DNA from: Aestuariibaculum sp.
Lineage (GTDB): Bacteria > Bacteroidota > Bacteroidia > Flavobacteriales > Flavobacteriaceae
NCBI GenBank assembly: GCA_047975295.1
Contig: JBKEDH010000167.1
Coordinates: 1 to 14,384 of the forward strand
Reading direction: 5' to 3'
Length of the DNA: 14,384 bases
The notes under the pieces were generated by a model, which was not told the DNA's origin, did not search any database, and was given only the letters and a program-made list of their open reading frames with translations. The translations under genes were made by a program, and so were the position numbers. Shown one piece after another: positions 6,513-14,384 of this stretch (within the stretch, counting starts at the first letter, position 1; every line of letters starts with the position of its first letter).

Positions 6513-7613
6513 ATGAAACGAGTACGTATTAACACAGGAACAGTAGGATTAGTGTTTAAAAACGGTAACTACAAACGTACACTTACCAATGGCACTTATT
6601 GGGTAGGATTTGGCAAACACGTCGAAAAATATGCTTTAAACCACGAATTTTATGCCCCAAAACCATTGGAAATATTAATGGAAGATAGTACACTAACAAA
6701 TATGCTACACGTGGTCGATGTTTTAGATAATGAAATTGTACTAGTTTACGAAAACAATAATTTTAAACGAGTGTTGGGAGCAGGCCGATACACCTTTTGG
6801 AATACCTTAATCGAATATAAATTCGTTACGGTCAATTTAAGTAAAATCGATATTACCGAAAGCATCGATAAAACTGTATTAAGCCATGCCCAGTTATTAC
6901 CTTATGTGCGTGTTTTTGAAATTGCTGCTTACGAAAAAGCCATTTTAATGGTCGATGATACATATATAAAAACATTGAATCACGGTACATACCGGTTTTG
7001 GAAAAACCAGCAAACCATAAAAATAGCAAAAGCCGATTTACGCCAATTACAATTAGAAATAGCAGGGCAAGAGCTACTTACAAAAGACAAAGCAACCATT
7101 CGAATCAATTTTTATGCACAGTATAAAATAACCGATATAGAAACCGCCTTAATGCAAAATAAAGATTACGAAAAACAACTTTATATAACTTTGCAATTGG
7201 CATTAAGGGCCTATGTTGGCACCTATACACTCGATGAGTTGTTAGAACAAAAAGACAACGTAGCAAAAGTCGTTTTGAACAATGTAAAAGCACAAGCCAA
7301 CAAATTAGGCGTTAACGTATTGCACACAGGTATGCGTGACATAATTTTACCGGGCGACATGAAAGATATTATGAATCAAGTACTAATCGCACAGAAAAAA
7401 GCACAGGCCAATGTTATTACAAGGCGCGAAGAAACAGCTTCTACACGAAGTCTGTTAAACACCGCCAAATTAATGGAAGACAACACCATGTTGTTCAAAT
7501 TAAAGGAAATGGAATACGTCGAAAAAATAGCCGATAAAATTGGAAAAATTACAGTGGCTGGAAACGGAAACGTTATTGAGCAATTAAAAGATATTTTTTC
7601 GGTTAACAAATAA
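6513..7613 (+). CDS. SPFH/band-7 (slipin/stomatin-like) domain protein, no predicted TM helix
   Basis: 366 aa. The C-terminal half (QELLTKDKATIRINFYAQYKITDIETAL...GVNVLHTGMRDIILPGDMKDIMNQVLIAQKKAQANVITRREETA) matches the SPFH core and the following coiled coil. The N-terminal half carries three G-x-Y-x-FW repeats ~65 aa apart. There is no N-terminal hydrophobic anchor. Confidence 0.7.
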   Translation: MKRVRINTGTVGLVFKNGNYKRTLTNGTYWVGFGKHVEKYALNHEFYAPKPLEILMEDSTLTNMLHVVDVLDNEIVLVYENNNFKRVLGAGRYTFWNTLIEYKFVTVNLSKIDITESIDKTVLSHAQLLPYVRVFEIAAYEKAILMVDDTYIKTLNHGTYRFWKNQQTIKIAKADLRQLQLEIAGQELLTKDKATIRINFYAQYKITDIETALMQNKDYEKQLYITLQLALRAYVGTYTLDELLEQKDNVAKVVLNNVKAQANKLGVNVLHTGMRDIILPGDMKDIMNQVLIAQKKAQANVITRREETASTRSLLNTAKLMEDNTMLFKLKEMEYVEKIADKIGKITVAGNGNVIEQLKDIFSVNK

Positions 7614-7620
7614 TTTTTTT

Positions 7621-7710
7621 GGGCGTAACCCCAAAACGGTAACCAATAGTTGGTTTCATAACAAAGTCAAGGCTAACCGTTTCGGGGTCGCGCTTTCCGC
7701 GCTACACGGT
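7621..7710 (+). other. GC-rich structured intergenic element (long imperfect hairpin plus CGCG-CTTTC-CGCG hairpin) between the SPFH and rtcB genes
   Basis: CCCCAAAACGGT (7629-7640) pairs with ACCGTTTCGGGG (7676-7687), and flanking bases extend the helix. There is an inner AACCAA-TAG-TTGGTT hairpin and a CGCG-CTTTC-CGCG hairpin at 7689-7701. Local GC is far above the window average. Confidence 0.35.
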
Positions 7711-7744
7711 AGCCAGCTCCAATCGCTTACGCAAATAAAACTAA

Positions 7745-9136
<1,392 letters not shown>

Positions 9137-9256
9137 ATTGAAATGATTTAGACTTTTCTATTTGCTAAAAAAGTAAAAGAAACCAAAAATTAAGGGTCAA
9201 AACGTTTCAATTTATAATTTTTGTACCGAACTTGTTCTATATCTTTAGTTTACTTT

Positions 9257-9276
9257 AAAAACCTATCAGGTTTTTT
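9257..9276. terminator. Bidirectional rho-independent terminator between convergent rtcB and ppc
   Basis: AAAAACCT-ATC-AGGTTTTTT is a hairpin with an A-tract upstream and a T-tract downstream. It is followed by a second T-run, CAGGTTTGTTTTTTTT. Confidence 0.5.
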
Positions 9277-9338
9277 AAACTAGACAGGTTTGTTTTTTTT
9301 AGTACAAAAAATCCAATCGTACCCTCAACTGTTCCCAA

Positions 9339-11957
9339 TTAAGCCGAATTTCTACTGGCATTAATATTTCCAAACAATGAACGTGTTACTATTTTTTCGT
9401 AAACTTTTAGTTTTTCCTCGTCAATGGTATCCATTTTTTCCATATCCTGTATTTTCTTTAAGGCGTATTGTTGGATGGTTAACAGAGGTAACACAATAGA
9501 TTCCCTAACCTCAATCGATGCTTTTCCGGAAGGTTCGTTTTCCATAAGTTCGTTATAACCGGTAAGTTTTAACAACAAGCGTTTGGTTGTGGCATATTCG
9601 GTATAGATAATATCCCAAAATGCACCAAATTCCTCGTCTTGCGACATATATTTGGTTAAATCGAAAAACGATTTGGTAAGCGACATCATACTATTTTCCA
9701 GTAGGGTTTTAAAAAATTTCGAATTGTTGTAAAGTTCTTGTACTTTGTGGAATTCGTTATTGTCTTCATACTTTTTTAGGGCAGTACCCACACCAAAAAA
9801 TCCGGGAACATTTTGTTTTAACTGGCTCCAAGACCCAACAAATGGAATAGCTCTTAAATCGGAAAACACCAAATGATCGGACTTTGAGCGTTTTGAAGGA
9901 CGACTACCAATATTGGTTTTGGCGTAGTATTTTAAAGTACTCATACGCTCTAAGTAAGGTATAAATTTTTCGTGATTTTTAAATGTTCTATAAGCTTGGT
10001 AACTGGTTTCGGCCAAATCGGTCATGACCAAACGGTCTGGTTCCGACATTTTTAGACTGTCTTTTGCTAATCGGTTAAACATCCCCGAACTTATCAATTG
10101 TTCCAAATTGTATTGAGATGAATCCAGAGTACCGAAATTCGAGCTTATGGTTTGTCCCTGTATGGTAAGCTGTACTTCCTTATCCTCAATGGTTGGCCCT
10201 AACGACGAGTAAAACTGATGTGTTTTTCCGCCACCACGTGCCGGCGGTCCACCACGACCATCAAAAAATATAGCGGTAATATCGTATTTTCGGGACATTT
10301 CGGTTAGTTTTTCCTTGGCGGTATAAATACCCCAGTTGGCCATTAGGTAGCCACCGTCTTTTGTTCCATCCGAAAAGCCCAACATTATGGTTTGTTTCAT
10401 CCCTCTTGCTTTTAAATGTGCCATGTATTCGGGATTGGTGTACAGTTGCTCCATAACACTTGGTGCATTTTCCAAATCGGTAATGGTTTCAAAAAGCGGT
10501 ACGATATCAACCGTTAAATCATTTTTAAAAGCCACCATTTTAAGCATGGCAAACAATTGCATAACGTTTAATGCCGTTTGGTTGTTACTTATTACGTAGC
10601 GGTTGGCACCCCGTTCGCCATTGGTTGTTTGTATTTGTTTAATAACTTCGATGGTTTTTAGCGTATTGTAAACCATTTCGTCTTCAAAAGCAGTTAAATC
10701 TATATTTTCATCCGATACTTTTGAAAGTACTCCAACCTGTTCGGCCTCCGATAAATCGTGATAGTTTTTCGGTATGGTATTGGCACCCTGTTCTATTAAA
10801 TAATCTATAACATTGGTAAATACCGAATGGTGTATGCGGCTGTCCTGACGGATATCTAAAGTTGCAAAATGATAACCAAAAATATGCACTCGGTTAATCA
10901 AGCTGTTTATTTCGTTAACGTACAGCGACTGGTGTTTTTCTACAATAACATCCCTTATGTCCAAAAGTTCTTTAAGAAACTCGCGTGAGGTAATGGTTTC
11001 GTAACGGGTATTTAGATCTATACTAAAGTTGTACATAATGGTCTCCAACCGGATAATACGCTCTTCTACACCTTTAAAGGTAAGACGGCGACGTAATGTT
11101 TTTAAGTCGTTGTAATATTGCTTCAGTACGGTTTGTTTTAGTTTATTGGCTACCCTTAAAGTGGTGTCGGGTTTAACAAAAGGGTTGCCATCGCGATCGC
11201 CACCGGGCCAAAAACCAACATTAATAATTTCGTTATGCTTTTTACCATCGGCATAAATATTTTGCTGTATGTAATTGTAAATAGTACCAAACGAATGGTA
11301 AAATACATTTTCCAAGTACCAAATCAAGCTTTTGGCCTCGTCGTAAGGTGTTGGCTTTTCACGCTTAAAAAACGGCGTTTTACCCAATTGCCCAAAAAGA
11401 TTTTTTATTTCGGACAGGTTATTACTTTTAATCGCTTTGGTTAAATCGGTAATAATACCCAATACAGTACCTGGATAAAACTGTGTAGGGTGCGCCGTTA
11501 AAACAATACGCACCTTAAACTCTTCGAGATACTTTTTTAAATCCTCCATTTTATTACTCGATATGGCGGTTTCTTTTAAATTTCGTAGCGAGCCAATACC
11601 TTCCATGTTATTTACAACAGGGAAGGCTGAATCCTCTACGGCATCGAAAAGCACTACTTGGCGCTCGATATATTGGATAAAACGGAACAGTAAATTAATT
11701 TGGCTCTGCTCGTTGCGGCGGGCTTGATATTTTTTAAAAAAAGTATCGACAATGGTCGTAGGGTCGTCACCATTGGCAAAACCCTTTTTACAGGTTTCGT
11801 GAAACAAGGGCAATAACGCTCCTGTTTTGGTAATGGCATCGAATGGAAGCGTCATAAATATACTGTTGTATATTTGATATTTGGATAATACGTTTTGTTT
11901 AAATCGGGATAATTTTGGTTCTACTGACATACAATCGGTTCTGTTGAAATGAGCCAT
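9339..11957 (-). CDS. ppc: Phosphoenolpyruvate carboxylase
   Basis: 872 aa. PEPC signatures VLTAHPTQ, FHGRGG-like FFDGRGGPPARGGG, and C-terminal region TIMLGFSDGTKDGG (the GYSDSxKDxG equivalent). The size fits Bacteroidetes-type PEPC. An alternative start 9 codons downstream (MSVEPK) is possible. Confidence 0.9.
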   Translation of the reverse strand: MAHFNRTDCMSVEPKLSRFKQNVLSKYQIYNSIFMTLPFDAITKTGALLPLFHETCKKGFANGDDPTTIVDTFFKKYQARRNEQSQINLLFRFIQYIERQVVLFDAVEDSAFPVVNNMEGIGSLRNLKETAISSNKMEDLKKYLEEFKVRIVLTAHPTQFYPGTVLGIITDLTKAIKSNNLSEIKNLFGQLGKTPFFKREKPTPYDEAKSLIWYLENVFYHSFGTIYNYIQQNIYADGKKHNEIINVGFWPGGDRDGNPFVKPDTTLRVANKLKQTVLKQYYNDLKTLRRRLTFKGVEERIIRLETIMYNFSIDLNTRYETITSREFLKELLDIRDVIVEKHQSLYVNEINSLINRVHIFGYHFATLDIRQDSRIHHSVFTNVIDYLIEQGANTIPKNYHDLSEAEQVGVLSKVSDENIDLTAFEDEMVYNTLKTIEVIKQIQTTNGERGANRYVISNNQTALNVMQLFAMLKMVAFKNDLTVDIVPLFETITDLENAPSVMEQLYTNPEYMAHLKARGMKQTIMLGFSDGTKDGGYLMANWGIYTAKEKLTEMSRKYDITAIFFDGRGGPPARGGGKTHQFYSSLGPTIEDKEVQLTIQGQTISSNFGTLDSSQYNLEQLISSGMFNRLAKDSLKMSEPDRLVMTDLAETSYQAYRTFKNHEKFIPYLERMSTLKYYAKTNIGSRPSKRSKSDHLVFSDLRAIPFVGSWSQLKQNVPGFFGVGTALKKYEDNNEFHKVQELYNNSKFFKTLLENSMMSLTKSFFDLTKYMSQDEEFGAFWDIIYTEYATTKRLLLKLTGYNELMENEPSGKASIEVRESIVLPLLTIQQYALKKIQDMEKMDTIDEEKLKVYEKIVTRSLFGNINASRNSA

Positions 11958-12193
11958 AAAATTAATGAAGCTTTAACAAATGGCTATGCTTTTTTCGAAA
12001 AATTAATAATTTCTTTAAGATTTGAAAAAATATTGAAAAATATGGACAAAACTTAAAATTCTGTTTCATTTTTCATACTTCAACCTTAAAAATACATAGA
12101 TACATACTCTCTTTCATGATAAATATCATAATTAAGACCAAATGAAACATCTATTTTTGTAACTTTTGAATTTAAAAAAATTTTGAAAAACAA

Positions 12194-14029
12194 ATGACAA
12201 ACAATAAGCATTCTTTTCATATTCCTGTTATGGGCATTGGGTTTACTATCGATTCACCATTAAAAGTGGCCCAATACGGTATCGATTCGGTAATTTCGTT
12301 GGTCGATGATATTTTAATCGAGAAATTACGAAAAATGTACAGTGAAAAACTAGAAATACCTTATCAGGAAATTACCAATAAAGTAGATGATTTTAGGGCA
12401 AAACGCATTACATCCTATCTCAATTTAATAAACGATATAGTTGATAAAAAGTTTGAAGCCTTAAAAAAAGCTGCTTTAGAAAAGGGTGATGAGTTTAAGA
12501 CTTATCTCGATATGTTACCCTCTACCGCAACACTTGGTGCCGAATTTAAGAAACTGACCGAAACAGGCGTATCGGTATCTGAAATTAAAATATGGCTTAA
12601 CAAAAACCTGGTTAAAGGCAGTATCGATGTTAACATTATGACCAAGGTTGATAAAGACAATTACGTTAAAAAACAAGCTTTACCTTCTAAATACAACGAT
12701 GCCCATGCTGCTTTTCGCGGTTTTGCTAATAGCGATTTATGTAGTTCGGTGGTTTTATCGGCAGGAATGAATCCCAGATTATACGCCTATATGAGCGAAT
12801 TTGACGATTTCTATCCGAATGAAAAAGGCACTTTTAAAAAGAAAATTATTTTAAAGGTAAGCGATTACCGATCGGCTTTAATACAAGGAAAATTCTTAGC
12901 TAAAAAAGGCCTTTGGGTGTCGGAATACCGCATAGAATCAGGTCTAAATTGTGGCGGCCATGCTTTTGCCACCGATGGTTTTTTATTAGGCCCCGTTTTA
13001 GAAGAGTTTAAGGCCAATAGGGAAACTTTAAGAACCTCGATAGAGCAGCTTCTAATTCAAGAATTAAAAAGCCAAAACAAAGTACTTCCAAAAACAAGTC
13101 TGAACTTTAAAATATCGGCACAGGGTGGTGTTGGTACCCACCAAGAACATGAATTTTTATTAGACCGATACCAGTTGGATTCCATCGGATGGGGGTCACC
13201 GTTTTTATTGGTTCCCGAAGCAACCACAGTCGATAGTAAAACCATGGAGCAGTTGGCCGCTGCCAAAGAAAACGATTTGTATTTAAGCGATATTTCGCCA
13301 CTTGGTATTCCTTTTAACAACTTAAGGAACAATACAAAAGACTTGGAAAAAGATGCTTTAATAAAAAAAGGACGACCAGGAAGCTCATGTCCTAAAAAGT
13401 TTGTTGCCCTTAATAAAGACTATAAGGAAACGGGTATGTGCACTGCCTCGAGAGAATATCAACATATAAAAATTAAAGAGTTAGAAGCACAAAACTTACC
13501 GGAAGACCAATACCAAACCAAATTCAACAAAATAGTTGAAAAATCGTGTACTTGTGTCGGTTTAGGTACATCGGCATTATTGGCGTACAATCTCGATACC
13601 AAAACCGAAGGTCCGGGTGTTTCCATTTGTCCGGGTCCCAATATGGCCTATTATTCTAAAATTATGAGTCTAAAAAACATAACCGACCATATTTATGGTA
13701 GAGGTAATGTTATTACACGTACCGATAGGCCCAATATGTTTGTAAAGGAATTGTTTATTTATATCGATTACTTAAAAAATAAGTTAGAGGAAGCCAAAAA
13801 CGAAATGACCAAAAAAGAAGAAAAATACCTGCTTACGTTTAGTGATAACCTGCAAACGGGTATTGGTTATTATAAAAGTTTATTTGTGCAATTACAAAAC
13901 AATATCCAAGATATAAAATTTGAAATTATCGAAGCTTTTAATCGTGGTGAAAATACCTTGAATACCTTACATTCCGAAATAGAAAATACCATAACAACGT
14001 TAAAAAACAACTCGGTTTCAACAGCATAA
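12194..14029 (+). CDS. Hypothetical protein (611 aa) with weak FMN-dependent TIM-barrel (nitronate monooxygenase/FabK-like) motif resemblance and C-terminal coiled-coil tail
   Basis: This is a long uninterrupted ORF. The N-terminal IPVMGIGFT and central SAQGGVGT...GWGSPFLLVPEA loosely resemble PIIQxxM and GGIGTG...GTRFLxxEE of NMO/FabK-type enzymes. Also present: GLNCGGHAF, and GPGVSICPGPNMAY with a Cys loop. I do not confidently recognise the family. Confidence 0.55.
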   Translation: MTNNKHSFHIPVMGIGFTIDSPLKVAQYGIDSVISLVDDILIEKLRKMYSEKLEIPYQEITNKVDDFRAKRITSYLNLINDIVDKKFEALKKAALEKGDEFKTYLDMLPSTATLGAEFKKLTETGVSVSEIKIWLNKNLVKGSIDVNIMTKVDKDNYVKKQALPSKYNDAHAAFRGFANSDLCSSVVLSAGMNPRLYAYMSEFDDFYPNEKGTFKKKIILKVSDYRSALIQGKFLAKKGLWVSEYRIESGLNCGGHAFATDGFLLGPVLEEFKANRETLRTSIEQLLIQELKSQNKVLPKTSLNFKISAQGGVGTHQEHEFLLDRYQLDSIGWGSPFLLVPEATTVDSKTMEQLAAAKENDLYLSDISPLGIPFNNLRNNTKDLEKDALIKKGRPGSSCPKKFVALNKDYKETGMCTASREYQHIKIKELEAQNLPEDQYQTKFNKIVEKSCTCVGLGTSALLAYNLDTKTEGPGVSICPGPNMAYYSKIMSLKNITDHIYGRGNVITRTDRPNMFVKELFIYIDYLKNKLEEAKNEMTKKEEKYLLTFSDNLQTGIGYYKSLFVQLQNNIQDIKFEIIEAFNRGENTLNTLHSEIENTITTLKNNSVSTA

Positions 14030-14046
14030 AGACTTTTATGTTTTTT
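14025..14046 (+). terminator. Rho-independent terminator overlapping the stop codon of the 611-aa gene
   Basis: CATAAA-GACT-TTTATG hairpin followed by TTTTTT. Confidence 0.45.
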
Positions 14047-14282
14047 AATTTAGTACACAACAAAAATTCTCTTTATTAAGTTAATTTTTAAGACCCTGAA
14101 GATTTTAAAAACCTTCGATTCTGATAATTTAATGCTTTGTCTGTTATATACAAATATTGAAAAGTGATTTGTGATTTTTTTACCGTGAACCAAAGTTGAT
14201 ACACAAATTGGTCAAATTTGCAACAAACCCACGTGTACCATTCTTAAAAGTTGTTATTGCGGGCAATTATTATATTTTTGTG

Positions 14283-14384
14283 TATGCAAGAACATAAACA
14301 ATTGATGAAATCACATTTTTTTAACACATTGGCAACAGTTATACTGTTGATTGGTAGTATTAGCTTTACTCATGCACAAAGCCC
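14283..14384 (+). CDS. Partial CDS (5' end only): secreted protein with N-terminal signal peptide
   Basis: ATG at 14283 opens MQEHKQLMKSHFFNTLATVILLIGSISFTHAQS..., which is a hydrophobic core plus an AQS cleavage-like site. It runs off the window end. The true start may be the second Met (MKSHFF...). Confidence 0.45.

Overview
This is a low-GC (~35%) bacterial chromosomal window. Gene style suggests Bacteroidota, probably Flavobacteriia: lipoprotein or signal-peptide N-termini, no Shine-Dalgarno sequences, A/T-rich intergenic regions, and a long Bacteroidetes-type PEP carboxylase. There are nine complete CDSs and one partial CDS. They encode an S9A prolyl oligopeptidase lipoprotein, an orphan ABC ATPase with a TOBE-like tail, a secreted hypothetical protein, a GNAT acetyltransferase, a WYL-domain regulator (minus strand), a TM-less SPFH/band-7 protein, an RtcB RNA ligase, PEP carboxylase (minus strand), a 611-aa hypothetical protein, and the N-terminus of another secreted protein. 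The most interesting part is the 915-bp non-coding gap (5599-6512) between the divergent WYL regulator gene and the SPFH-RtcB genes. It contains at least three tRNA-like modules. One module is in canonical order and resembles tRNA-Pro(UGG) but has an aberrant D-arm. At least one module, probably two, is in circularly permuted order (T-arm, loop-closed acceptor-like stem, D-arm). That permuted order is the architecture described for YrlA-type bacterial Y RNAs, which are known to be encoded next to rtcB. Two perfect palindromes and a long hairpin sit upstream of these modules, and the region ends in a terminator-like hairpin. No Ro60/Rsr, RtcA or RtcR gene is visible. Instead a WYL regulator and an SPFH protein flank the locus, which suggests an undescribed WYL-controlled Y-RNA-like + SPFH + RtcB RNA-repair or RNA-surveillance module. 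I cannot run tools, so all calls rest on reading the sequence and the supplied ORF translations.
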